A stretch of 62,670 nucleotides of DNA. It comes from Octopus bimaculoides (Eukaryota). Positions 11,890 to 24,197 of the stretch are shown in pieces (the first letter of the stretch is position 1; every line of letters starts with the position of its first letter). The stretch lies in assembly GCF_001194135.2 (NCBI RefSeq), contig NC_068987.1:30076139-30138808 (forward strand). Reading direction: 5' to 3'. A program made the translations under genes and the position numbers. The notes beneath the pieces were generated by a model. That model ran no database searches, was not told the origin of the DNA, and saw nothing but the letters and a program-made list of their open reading frames with translations.

Positions 11890-12690
11890 GGTTTTATGCC
11901 GGATGTTGAGAGGTTAAAGTATGATAAAGGGACAGAAGCAGGTGTCTTGCTGGGGATGGGAGAGACATACATACATGCACACAGAGAACAACTTTTCTTT
12001 CAAATACATTAAAATCATGAATAGAGATCAGTACCTTTTTTTTTAGGCAGCTGTTTTCATCCATGTGCATCACATGACCACACCAGCACAGTCTTCTCTC
12101 TTGCACATCTGATGCCTCTTATACCCATTTTTTCTTTCAAACACATTTACACTTTCTTGTACATGCTCACTGACATTTCATGCTTTGCATATCCTCTACA
12201 TTCACAGTCTACATTTTACTACAACATAGCACAACTGTTCATTCACAGGCCTCATACAATCTGCCTTTCACTCCAAGGAAGAGCACTTCCTTACCAGCAA
12301 ATGCAGTAGCTCTCTGAATTTTGTCCAGCCCATTCTTATTCTACCAACTACACTTTCAGAGCATCCTCCACCACTGCTAATTTGGTCACCTATGTAACAG
12401 AAATTATTAACTACCTCTTAAGATCCCCATGGATTTTTGAGGCAATCTATTTCCTGTATATCATAAGTGTTTATTGTTCCTACACATCTGCCTCACACAA
12501 AGACTACTTTCTCTCCTGACCTTCCTTTAATTCCACTGCACCTCTTATGCATCCATAGTTTGCACAAGGTACACCATTTGGAATTTCCACTTACAGCTTT
12601 TCTACATATTGTGTAGGGCCATTTCCCTGAAGGAATTAGTAATTTGTCTACTTTCCTGCTTAATAACAGAAAACCTTGAACAAAATTTTT
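11890..12690 (-). mobile_element. Degenerate RTE LINE 3' coding fragment (tail continues to about 11650)
   Basis: Translations KWPYTICRKAVSGNSKWCTLCKLWMHKRCSGIKG and RRLCWCGHVMHMDENS. Confidence 0.75.
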
Positions 12691-12900
12691 TTTTTCTACT
12701 CTAGGCACAAGGCCCCAAATTTTGGGGGAGGGGTCCAGTCGATTAGATCGACCCCAGTACACAACTGGTACTTAATTTATCGACCCTGTAAGGATGAAAG
12801 ACAAGGTCGATCCAGGCGGAATTTGAACTCAGAACGTAAAGACAGACAAAATACCGCTAAGCATTTCACCCGGCGTGCTAACAATTCAGCTCGCCGCCCA
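12690..12900 (-). mobile_element. SINE family B (central ggtcgactttgcctttcatcctttcggggtcgataaa domain, Meta-domain-like)
   Basis: Well-preserved copy. Related copies at about 9040-9230(-), 9390-9605(+), 15270-15480(+), 16750-16950(+), 17765-17975(+), 39570-39845(-), 41300-41520(+), 46370-46560(+), 51965-52230(+), 57210-57390(+). The domain name is from recall. Confidence 0.8.
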
Positions 12901-13844
12901 AAATATTTGAACAAAATATTTTATTGAAAATAATCATTAGCCAAAGGGATTCTGTTCCATGAGGACTTTTGTAGCAAATTCATGTTTGTTTCTGCATGCT
13001 AATGATGTGCATTGAAACAGAAATGTTTGTTCACAGTTGACCTCCTGTTTCCAAAAAAAAAAAAAAAAAAATGATTGTCTTTTCCATAATGGCATAGTAA
13101 TTCAAGAAATTAATTATTAATCCCTTGAGATGCTCAATTCTTCTCACTTATAGTCAGTGTTAATCCATCTCCCAACTGAATACTGTCACCTGGTGTCTTG
13201 AGTGCTTTTAGAAGATCTCATTCTATTGCAAGGATTTTGGTCAGATTTCTGGTTTGAGGATAACTCCTTCCTACCAGTTTTGGGAGCCCTATAAAGGGTC
13301 ATGGACACAGTCTTCCCTCCTTACTGAAAGATGTAAAAAAAAAAAAATTCCACAAGGTATTCATTTGTCTTCTCTCAAAGATAATTTTGATAAATAAAGA
13401 ATTTATCTCAGGTCTGCAAGAGTCCTGTGCCAGTGCCACAAAAGAAGCACTCATACCAGTGCCACATAAGAGCACTTGTGCCAGTACCACATAAGAGCAC
13501 TCATGCCAGTGCCACATAAGAGCACTCATACCAGTGCCACATTAAAGCCACCCAGCACACACTGTAGTAGTTGGTGTTAGGAAGGACATCCAGCCATAGA
13601 AACCAGGCCAAATCTGACTAGAAGCTGGTGCAGCTCTCCAGCTTACCAGCTCTGGTCAAACTGTTCAACCTATGCCAGTATAGAAAACTGACATTAAAGG
13701 AGGAGGAGGATATTTGTTTCTATTATGTAGCCAGTTGACTTTTTAGGCATTGTGTAACAATAAAAAACCTATTTCTTTGGTTTATGATAAGAGATTAGTA
13801 ATTGCATTGTTCAAGCAAGAGTCCTAAAGTGAGTATAGTTTGAC

Positions 13845-14130
13845 CTCTTTCCATGGTATACCAACATAACCTGTTTTGTATGTGTTGTTTCTGCTATCAT
13901 TGCTACAATACAAAATATCCATATTGGTATACGTGGATAATGTCACCATAATAGTGTTGGACTGCAAGCACATGAAGGTGATCAACGCCACTTTAAGGGT
14001 CGATGAGGCTGTGGCAGGAGTCGAAATCATCCAGAAAAAGCTGATGGATCTACATCTCAGCCACTGGAGAAACACATTCTTGCAGCCCAACAGTGTTGTG
14101 AGGCACTGGATGGACAGACTAATTAAATTA
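13845..14130 (+). mobile_element. L1/Tx1-type RT fragment
   Basis: YVDNVTIIV (degenerate YADD); homologous to the 21061-21200 and 40690-40840 segments. Confidence 0.65.
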
Positions 14131-14344
14131 AATTACTAGGGGTCTGAGCATGCCACATCTCCAGCAATTCTTTGACGATATGCATTTGATGGTGATGGTC
14201 ACCATTTGTTAAATATGTTTTTCCACAACTAGTCTCCTTATCAGAACTGCAATTCTGGATCAAACAAAACCTGAGACAGGTTACCTGGCACTTGGAGTGC
14301 TGTCAGATGTAATATGTAGGTAGAAATTTCACATCAGAGTTCTA

Positions 14345-14556
14345 CAGGATGTCCACAAGGCCTGGGTACATGGAGTAAATAAAATCATAACATGAACAAT
14401 TAAATATAAGAAATAATAATTTCTTAAAGTATGTGTTAATCCCCATGTGGGTACATGGAGTAAATAAAATCATAACATAAACAATTAAATATAAAAAATA
14501 ATAATTTCTTAAAGTATGTGTTAATCCCCATGTACCCAGACTTTGTGGACACCCTG
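14345..14556. mobile_element. Tc1/mariner MITE with internal 85-bp tandem duplication
   Basis: TA target duplication at 14343-44 and 14557-58; about 31-bp TIRs cagg(a/g)tgtccacaa(g/a)g(c/t)ctgggtacatgg. Confidence 0.85.
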
Positions 14557-17500
14557 TATATCAGATTATTGGCAGGTAAAAGTGACAACATTCTCAGGGA
14601 AACTCGGGGTGTTGTTATAAATCCACAGGGGCTGGGGTCCATTAATAGTTTCCAGAAATTTGTGACTTAGCAGTGCTATCAGTGTATGTTGTTACTTTGA
14701 GATAAAGTCTACAGACACAGAAGTGCTGTCAGCTGGATGTATCCAAGAAGTGCACAGAGCAATGGAACCATCCTGCATGCATTTGTCTAATGCATTAACA
14801 CAACTGATTTGTGGAATTATATCAGACAGCTGCTATCATGTATAAGACACATCTGGCAATCAACTAAGTCCATTGTAAAGATTGTCCTGCCATTTTCCTT
14901 TAGATGAGAAGGACATGCAGGTTTCATCTGTCTGGAGGCTTTAGCAAAAAAAGTGTATGATGAACGAAATTAAAAGGGCTGAATTCCAAATACTTTCCTT
15001 CCAGACCAATTTCTCGTCAACTTTTTCAACTTTCATTTAAAAATGGCAATGAAGGTGCAGAGTGCTACTTCCCAGCAAATTTGTTGAAAGGTAGATGAGA
15101 GTGATAAGCATGGTATGAAAGAATGCGCCTGCAATGAGCATGCATCTAGACAGGAGAAGGACAACTGGGGTCGATGTAATCAATTAGTCACCTATCCCAA
15201 AATTTCAAGCTTTGTGCCTATAGTAAAGAAGATTATTATTATTATTATTATTAAATAGGACTGTGGATTAGCAGAATTGTTAATGCGTCGGAAAGAAAAG
15301 AAAAAAAAACATTGCGTTAATTGTTCTGGCTCATAACATTTTCAGTTCAAATTCTGCAGAGGTCACCTTGCTGTTCAACCTTTCGGGATCGAAAAATAAA
15401 GTACCAGTCTAGTACTAGGATCGATGGTGTCGACTAAACCCATGCCATCAAAATTATTGGCTTTGTGCCAAAATCAAAACCAATTATTATTATTATCGTT
15501 CATGTATTTAATAATTTATATTCCATCAACAACAAAAATCATTCAACAATAAATAAAAAATAAAATAATAACAATAAAGAAATTAATAGCAACAATAATA
15601 ATTGAAGTAAAATATCTGGTTTGGCACCATAATTGTTCCCAGCTGTCCGAAGCCCTAAAGAAGTTACCATTCCCTGATTAAGCGGTAGAAAATACGGACA
15701 GTCCGAATTTTTTGCTTAAACCCCAGCAATAGACCATTAAATGTGTTTCCGGAAAGATATTGAAAAACATCATTACGTCAGAGTGACAAACAAACGAGGA
15801 AGGTATTAGGCAGTCGTGAGAGGTGCAAAAAATAACCCTTAAATCACGCAAAAAAAAATTTTTTTTGTTTTTGCATAATCGTATGAATATCAGCGTGTAG
15901 AACGCAATTCCGCAAAAATTTTCTGAAAATACCGAAAAATTAAAAACTTATAAGTGGTTATGTGGGGTGCTTAAAGCAGAATTCCGCCAAATTGATAATA
16001 TCTATAATCGGTGGTGTTTTGAACTTTGTCCCAGCACCCTATGTCAACGGTATACATATATATATCAATTATGACTTAGTGTAATTGAACTAGTAGGAGA
16101 GGTAAAGCAACAAAGGAAGTCTGTCTGGTTTGTGATAAGAATATTTTGACAAAGCTCTATTGTTCACGAAGACACCGCCCAATATATATAGTTTACCTGC
16201 GTTTCACGAATTATCAAAATTATCCAACTGTAATACTTTATCTAATAACACAAAGACAATGTTATATATTATATTTAACCATTATCAAAATCACAGATGC
16301 ATTAAGTCATGCAATAAAATAACTACAAACCTTTTGCACAGCAACTTGTGACCGTGTAATGACTACAAGACAAACAAGTTTCTCAAGTTATGTACCCTGG
16401 TGTTTATAATAAATCTGAATTTGCGTAGGTGTTTTTATAACTTTATGTGTGCATGTGTTTATATAGACGCGGCGAGCACCTGTATATAACTATGACAACT
16501 GACTGAAATTTATATAGATAGATAGATAGATAGATGGATGGATAGAGAGAGAGAGAGATGTTGAGTACCGGGTGAATAGTTATTTTAGGTACTTATTTAA
16601 AAATATAAACGTTTAAAATGAGGTGACTAAAAGTGATAGCTAAGATTGTTAAAAAAGAAAAGTGGAGAGAAAGAGGAATATCTGAAAATACATTAGGTTA
16701 GGTCTGGTTGCGGTATTTTATTATCAGCTTTTGATTTGGGAGTTGTGTCCCTTGAAGAGCTAACAGAATCTGTAGCTCACCGAACAAAATGCTTAGCGAC
16801 ATTTATTCCGGTTTTTGTGTTACAAGCCCAATTTCCCCTGAGCTTGACTTTGCCTTTCATCCTTTCGGAGTCGATAAAATAAGTACCGATTGTGCATTGG
16901 AGTCAATGTAATCGACTAGCTTCCTTTAAATTTCTTGTGTCTATAGTAGAAGGGAAAAAAATTATGGACCCCACCCATATGGAATCCTGTCCGACGTAAT
17001 AGAATAAACAGTCAAATACATTTTTTTCGTTTTATGACCATTACATAAACTGGAAATATTAATACTATTCGGTGTTGACGAGTAGACTGACCCCCACCCC
17101 CTTTTTTTTCTCCTCAAAATTTTTTTTGAATTCTTGATGTTTTCAACAACGGAGATTGCGATTTCCACCACCACAATGTTTTTGTTTTTAACTTGCTTTG
17201 ATTTCTTTTATTTAATTCCACGCTTAAAAATACGGAGATTATGAATGTTTTTTTTCTTTTCTTTTTTGTTTGATTCTAATTTTCCATTATTTTGTTATAA
17301 ACATGAAAGAATAGACAAAACTGACAAATCTTCAAGCGACTGTCACCCGAACGTCTTAAATAAATGGATACATTCAGTAACATTCTCCAAGGTACACTAT
17401 GATTACTGGGAGAAGATCGGAATGTTCAAAGCTGTAACGTCACCAATTGTAGACCTGTTGGATCAAGTCTGACTTGGGATAATACAATAACATGATATTC

Positions 17501-19118
17501 TATTTCTCCCCAACCTAGTTTAGAAAATTCTTATTACTACCAAAATACGATATCACCGTTTCTTATTTCATCCCATGAAGTTACGCTCTTTTACTAGTCA
17601 GCCAAAGTATCGAAGTTCTAAAGAATAGCCGAGTGAGTTTTAATATACCTGATCGAGTCGAGCTTATAAAAGTTTCAGTAATAAGAATCACGTTAGGGTT
17701 AATAGGAAAGAAAACGTCAATAAAATTCGTCCTTTAGGCAAGGGGTGACAACTCCCAAATATGACTGCAGCGAACCGGCAGAAACGTTAGCAAATCGGGC
17801 AAAGTGCTTAGCAGCATTTCATCCAGCTTTACGTTTTAAGTTCAAATTTCGCCGAGGTCGACTTTGCTTTCATCCTTTCGGGATCAATAAAATAAGTATT
17901 TGTTGAATACAGGGATCGATGTAAACGACTTACTCTCTCTCCCAAAATGCTGGCCTTTTGCCAAAATTTGAAATTAATATTTATTAGTTTAATTTGATCT
18001 TTAGCAAGCATAATAATAATTCCAGACATGCTTAGATGATGTTCTTATGTAATTTCTTTTAAAGAATTCCCTGTTTATTTGTAGAAGACTGTGAAAGTGT
18101 CAAATTATTGTCAAATACTCTGTTTATTGGTAGTGTTATGTCACTTTGTAGTTAGACTGATCAATAAATCTAAAATTAATTCAACCATTGATTTACCCCT
18201 GAAATTCCATAACATATCAATTTACCTTGTTGCAGGCATTGCTGAGTGGTTAAAAAGTTAGCTTAGCAACTATATGGTTCTAGGTTCAATTTCATTGCAC
18301 AACATCTTGGGTAAGTGTATTTTACTATAGCTTTGAATTGAGCAAATCTTTTTGAGTGAAATTTGATAGATGGAATCTATGTGGAAACCCTTGTGAGTGG
18401 TTGATTCAGTTGCAGTTTAAAGTTATACCCAAGACACATGTCCTCTCCTCCTAATTAATTAATTAATTAAAATTCACAAATTAATAATAAAAATTTGATT
18501 GAAAAGCAAACTTGATTTAAGACACAGTACTGGACAAAATTATTGACAAGTTGACAAAAGGATCTCTGCATGGTCACCCAATCAGCAAGAAATAGTAGTT
18601 GAACTTCACCCATTCTAGATATCTCTGATTAAATAGAAGGAATGGTCACAGTTGGAATCATTTTGGTCTGCTTGATCAGGATTATCCAGAGGTTAAGCAG
18701 TAACATTAAACAATAACAGTAGCAACTAGATCTTAAATCTTCAATTCAATAACACTTCAAGTGTTATATTATGTATTTAGGTTTGGCTGTGTGATTAAGA
18801 AGTTCAGTTCTCAGTCACATAATTCCAGGTTTGGTCCTGCTGCATGGACCTTTGGACAAGTGTCTTCCACTATAACCATAGATTGATTTCAAATTTTGGC
18901 ACAAGGCCAGCAATTTCAGAGGTGGGGCTAAGTTGATTACATTGACCCCAGTGCTCAGCTGGTACTTATTTTTATCGGTCATGAAAGGATGAAACATAAA
19001 GTTGACCTCAGAATATGAAGACAGCTTGCTCATGATTCTGCCAGCTTACACTATAACCATACATTGACCAATACTTCATGAGTGAATTTTTATTAACAGA
19101 AATTATGCAGAAGCCCAT

Positions 19119-19159
<41 letters not shown>

Positions 19160-19639
19160 TTAGTCATGTAAGAAATTCACTTCAGAACCAAATAGTTAAG
19201 GTACATTTCCACTGAGTGGATGCTGTAGGCTGATGTTTTCTGCTATGGCCATAGGCTAAGCAATATCATATGAGCAAAATTTGGTGGATGGAAACTAGAA
19301 TAAGGCTGTTGTGTGTGTGTGTGTGTGAATTTCCTGTTTCCTGTTTCCCTTGTTTTCACATATGCATGCTATTTGTTGAAAAAGTCACCTTCATACAAAA
19401 TCAAAGCTGTTTGCTTACAATAAATCCATGAAAGCATATCCTGTCATTGAGCTGTTCACAGTTCAAAAGACAAGGAGAAATATCATTTTACTTGAAGGCA
19501 GGTACACAGAGACAGAAAGAGTATCTGGCTGTCAAAATATCTCCTTCAACAACACTCAGCCAACTCATGCAAACTTGGAAAAGATGACATCAAACCAATT
19601 ATGTATGTGTACATGTGTAAAGTGTTAAATCCTAAAGCT

Positions 19640-20275
19640 ATGCAAGTTATTTGCTCTAGTTCTCTGAAGCTACTAGATTTGTTGTGTAAATAAGCAGATT
19701 GGCTACTTGTTTCTCTGAAATTGGCCAAGTGATGTAGACACTCTGATGAGACCCCAGTAAGAATTATACACAGTGTGCAAGAGAGGAGACTGTGCTGATT
19801 TGGTCTTGTGATATGGATGGATGAGGACAGTTGCATAAAGGAGTGCTGATCACCTAATGTGGAGGGAAGTTGTGAAAGAGTGAGACCCAGGAAGACATAG
19901 GACAAAGTATTAAAGGCTGATCTCAAAATGGTGAGCCTTATGAAAGCAATGACAGAGGACCATAATATATGGTGCATTGCTGTACTCAAGAAGACCCACC
20001 CACCACAATAGATTGAGATCCTAAAACCAAGATGCTGCATAAAAAGTGTTGGTGTGGGCGCTGGTGCCATGTAAAAAGCACTAGTGACAGTGCCACATAA
20101 AAAGCACCCAGTACACTCTGTAGAGTGGTTGGTGTTAGGAAGGACATCCGGCGTTAGAAATCAAGCCAAAATAGACTATGGAATCTGGTACAGCTCCTGG
20201 CCTTGCCAGTTACTGTTAAGTTGTCCAACCCATACTAGCATGGAAACAGAGGTTAAATGATGATGATGATGATGT
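19640..20275 (+). mobile_element. RTE LINE 3' end with family C tail
   Basis: RT C-terminal remnant (RPRKT...V...DL...L...MTED...W) runs directly into the family C 3'UTR and (GAT)n, showing that the SINE tail is LINE-derived. Confidence 0.75.
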
Positions 20276-20904
20276 ACCCTCAGTCACACAGTTATACTCA
20301 AGGGAAGTGAATGTTAAATAATAATGATAATCTTAGGGTTTAGTACTGGAACCTGATTAAGAGGAAGGGGTAGTGTTCATGACCTTTCTAGCTTCTTAAC
20401 TGGTCAGATTGATACAATTTATGTTCAGCAAGAACATCTATAAGCTGGCCTTTGAAAAGTACATAGATGGGGTGGAAGAACTTTCAGAAATGCAGGATGC
20501 TTTTTTTTTCTGCTGTAAGGAAGGATTCAGCAAGGTGGTTAGTGTTAGCGCAGTAGGATGTGACCAAAATTGAAGTTAGATCCAGCATCCTGAGATCAGA
20601 TCACACTATGTCCATAACTTCCTTGAGTTTGTTTTCCTCTTCTGAAGCCTGGACACATTTTTTTCTCTGTTATCATGCTATCTATACATTGTATTTCTAT
20701 ATCAATAAGAATTTTAAAAACCAGCATCATTTTTTTTCTCATTACTACCATTATTTCAAGTACTTAGGTTGATGTAATCAGCTTACACACATCCATTCGA
20801 AATTGTTGACCTTAGACAAAAATTAATAATTATCATTATCATAATTTCATTAGATTTAATATTATTGCTTTTATTTCATTAAATTTCTATGTCCAGTTGT
20901 CAAA

Positions 20905-22615
20905 TTGAATGGCCACCTCTTGGGACCTTTCAGTATTGAACTCTCGGTACACCAAGGATGACCATTCTCCCTGCTTTTATATATTTTAGCTTTAGAACCC
21001 TTGCTGCGAAGGATGGAGAATTTGAGGGGTATCCCGCTGGAACTAGGTCACAGGAGAGCTGTCATATGCAGGTGACATCACTGTTATGGTGTTGGACTCT
21101 TCGGACATAGAAAAGATCAACACCATACTGAAAGAATATCAGGAATGTGCAGAAGCATTCATAAACCAGGACAAGTCAGTAGGTCTACAACTAGGTTCTT
21201 AGAGAAGCAAGTTGACTAGCAGTGACTTCTGTCGTTTGACAGAGGGTCAGGTGAAAGTGCTCGGAGTCTGTGTCAGACCAGATCTCCAGGTAGATAGGAA
21301 CTGGGAAAGGGTCATGACTAGGGTGGCCAAGCTCACCCAGAAATGGGCAGAAAGGAAGTTGTCTCTGAAAGGCCGAGCAGAAGTAGTGAATGCATATATC
21401 ACCTCAGTAGTGTACTACCGCCTAATCATTGTATCTTGTCCTAAGAAAACTCTGACCAGATTGAAGTGCTTGCTTTTCCAATTCTTATGGAAGTCAGGTT
21501 TCACTGGTCAGAAAACCATCTGCTGTCAACACCCACACCATTGTGGTCTTAAGATGCCATCGTTAATGATGCAGAGCCACGCTTTGAGGCTGTCGCATCT
21601 ATAGAAATATTTCGATCACTGCGACGATGTGGACAACAACAAAAATAAGAGTGAAATTGTGTGGGCATCTTTTGCGTGACATGTTTTTCTGTAGCTCATC
21701 TCATTGACAAAGCTGCAGTCATGGGTCAAACGTAGACCAAGGTTGAGCGTTTGTCATCTAGTATGTTGCCAGGTGCTCACTACATTGTACCAGCTGCCCA
21801 AAACCATTAGCAGGAAAACAACCCAATATTTCTATAGAAGTCTAGTTGAGGGTATGAGTGATAATGGCCGAGGATTGAATCTAGGTATCAAAGAGAAAAG
21901 TGTGAGTAGTTTCTTGTAGAGGACCATTGGGTTGAAGATCATGGACAATTTCCAAAAGTCTTTGGCTTAGCAGTGCAACAGAGGGGCATTGCCCGCCCAT
22001 TCAAGACAGGCTCTTCAGTCATGGAAGTGCCAACAGCCAAACCTGCCCAAGAAGCTTGCAGGAGGACAAAACTATCCTGCATGAAATAATTCAGTGTCCA
22101 TGCATTAGAGAGTTGTGTGATTGTGTGGAGCAGGTGTTGTCGCATCTATGACAAATTCAGCTGTCTGCTGAGGATATAGTGAAGATCAATACACCACCTT
22201 CCCTTAGCAGAGAAGGAAGGCAGATCTTCCTCTGCTTAGTGGTTGTGGCAAAAGAGGCTGTGTGGTGGACCCATCTGAAAAGTTTGAAGACAGGAACATT
22301 TCTATCTGGTCTAGCCCTCATCAATTTCTTCAAATATCATTTGAAGAGGAAGGTGAGGGAGGTGCTGCCTCCTAGTGTGTTTATCAAAAGGTGGTCGACA
22401 GTGGCATTACTGATGAGACTAAATGGATTTACTGAGAATATGCTTTTCTGAGCAGGAGGAAAGAAACTGGAAAAGGGTACTTTCTCATGCCTGAGAGATG
22501 GCAGAGTAATCCAGGATTTTTGTGTAATCTTGGATTTTACTCCAGATTACTCTAAGTGGACTGCCCTGCTATGGGGAATTCTATTTATTTATTTATTTAT
22601 CTATTTATTATTAAT
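20905..22615 (+). mobile_element. 5'-truncated degenerate L1/Tx1-type LINE (about 1.7 kb)
   Basis: VHQG*PFSLLLYILALEPLLRR (QGxPLSP region), YAGDITVMV, DKSVGLQLG, WAERKLSLKGRAEV, then a C-terminal Cys-rich remnant and a (TTTA)n 3' tail. Confidence 0.85.
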
Positions 22616-22693
22616 TCTCTACTTTCTATTATATATCCTCTTTTATACCATTTAATGTGGTATTATCTCCACTTGATTGATGTTAACCATATT

Positions 22694-23019
22694 TAGTAGA
22701 AAGTGGGTTATACATCTTTAGATTGTATACCTGACTTTCTACTATAAAATTAAGGAAATAGACGGAATGCTGAACTCCAGACTAAACAACTCAAACAACA
22801 TTTATTTACTTGGTAAAACATACATATCTTTAGTTATACATCTTTAGAGGTGAGAATAACGAGCTGTCGAGTATAAGACCGAAAGATGTAGGGACAGCTT
22901 TTAAACACACGTCCATGCTCAATCGCTGGCCAGCATGAAAGAGAATGAATTGAGCGGGAAACGCTTGCTTTATTAATTCTACGCATGCGTAAGACAACGC
23001 ATGCGCAGGCGTTACTACA
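22694..23019 (-). mobile_element. LTR-like repeat with terminal hairpin, copy 2
   Basis: Reverse complement shares blocks with 3319-3662, e.g. cccgctcaattcattctctttc, gagcatggacgtgt, ctcgacagctcg, ggagttcagc. Confidence 0.65.
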
Positions 23020-23133
23020 CATACATTTTTGTTTTTGTAATATTGTCCTCCATGTTTTGGACCCTTGTGGCCAATAAAAGAAATCATTATTATCATTATC
23101 ATTATTATAATAATTATTATTATTATTATTATT

Positions 23134-23350
23134 CAGTAGTTTTATTTTTATAACGTGCTTTCACTTCACTACCGAGCGCAGCTCTGTGTGCCTTGGGTAT
23201 GTGCTGTGGTTTGCTGTGATGCTCTTATGGTTACTGTATTGAAAGTGTTTTGCGTAGGATGTGTGCAGTGCCCAGTCATGCAATTTTCTGTATGTTATAT
23301 ATATTTGTAAGTCCTGGTGTTTTTGTTATGTATTTGTCTGTTTTTGTGTG
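23134..23350 (-). mobile_element. R4/Dong-clade LINE extreme 3' end within (TAA)n
   Basis: Minus strand encodes IYNIQKIA*LGTAHILRKTLSIQ* (typical C-terminus) plus a 3'UTR; flanked on both sides by (TAT)n. Confidence 0.6.
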
Positions 23351-23404
23351 TATTATTATTATTTTTGTTATGTATTATTATTATTGTTATTATTATTATT
23401 ATTA

Positions 23405-23442
<38 letters not shown>

Positions 23443-23833
23443 GCCTTTGCACAGCTTCTAACGCTGGAGATGTACTACAGTGTCAGCTGTTCCCTACCAG
23501 TGAACTAAGGTAACACCTCTTATTTTTTTAGCACCTTCCGGAGTATTCAGGTGGTTTCAAGTAGTGCTGTTTTCTTCAAGTGCTCCACCCTTACTGCAGC
23601 CCCTATTTGTTCCACGTACTTTTTGAGATTTTTGCTCACCGTTCCCGGGGCTCTTTCAATTATTGGTACTACTGCTATCTTTTTCATCGACCACAACTGC
23701 TTAACTTCCCAAGCTAACCTATCATATCTATCGACTTTTCTTTCTTCCTTATCGTATACCTTTTTGTCAGCTGGGCATGCTATATCTATGATCCAACATG
23801 TTTGTTTTCTTTCTCAATTAAGACTATGTCCAG
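23443..23833 (-). mobile_element. R4/Dong-clade LINE restriction-like endonuclease C-terminal fragment
   Basis: DIVLIEKEN...IDIACPADKKVYDKEERKVDRYDRLAWEVKQLWSMKKIAVVPII...GTVSKNL: the PD..D..K RLE signature. Confidence 0.75.
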
Positions 23834-23983
23834 CTTCTTCTTCTTCTTCTTCTTATTATTATTATCATCATCATCATCATCATTATTTCATTAGACTAAT
23901 TCCATTCCCAGTTTTACTCTCAGATCAGTTTTGCTCTGTTGTTCATGCATGTTGGCACTACACATCTAGTGGAGCATGTTTAA

Positions 23984-24197
23984 CCGTTTAGCATTTAAAC
24001 TGGCCATATCAGGCCCAAATATTCAACATGATTTATATTCAAGCTGGCCTGATCCAGCCTCTCACACCAACCCTACAATGTCATTCTAAACATAAACAGT
24101 CATGGCATCGAAATATTAAGGCTATAATGCATGATTAATTCAAAATGATGTGAATAAACAAGCACTGTATTTTAACAGTAATCTGAATACTAAAGAG
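23984..24197 (+). mobile_element. TTAA-flanked piggyBac-like MITE
   Basis: TTAA|ccgtttagca...tactaaagag|TTAA; same internal sequence as 32568-32787. Confidence 0.8.

Noticed and set aside
13425-13550. CRISPR-like look of the 25-bp palindromic units
   Set aside because: Units are contiguous with no unique spacers, lie inside a SINE, and there are no cas genes; the DNA is eukaryotic.
22836-22890. Hammerhead-like layout (tacatct...ctgtcga-gtataagacc-gaaa-gatgta) in the LTR-like element
   Set aside because: Core reads CUGUCGA rather than CUGANGA in both copies, no convincing stem I, and ctgtc instead pairs with downstream gacag.
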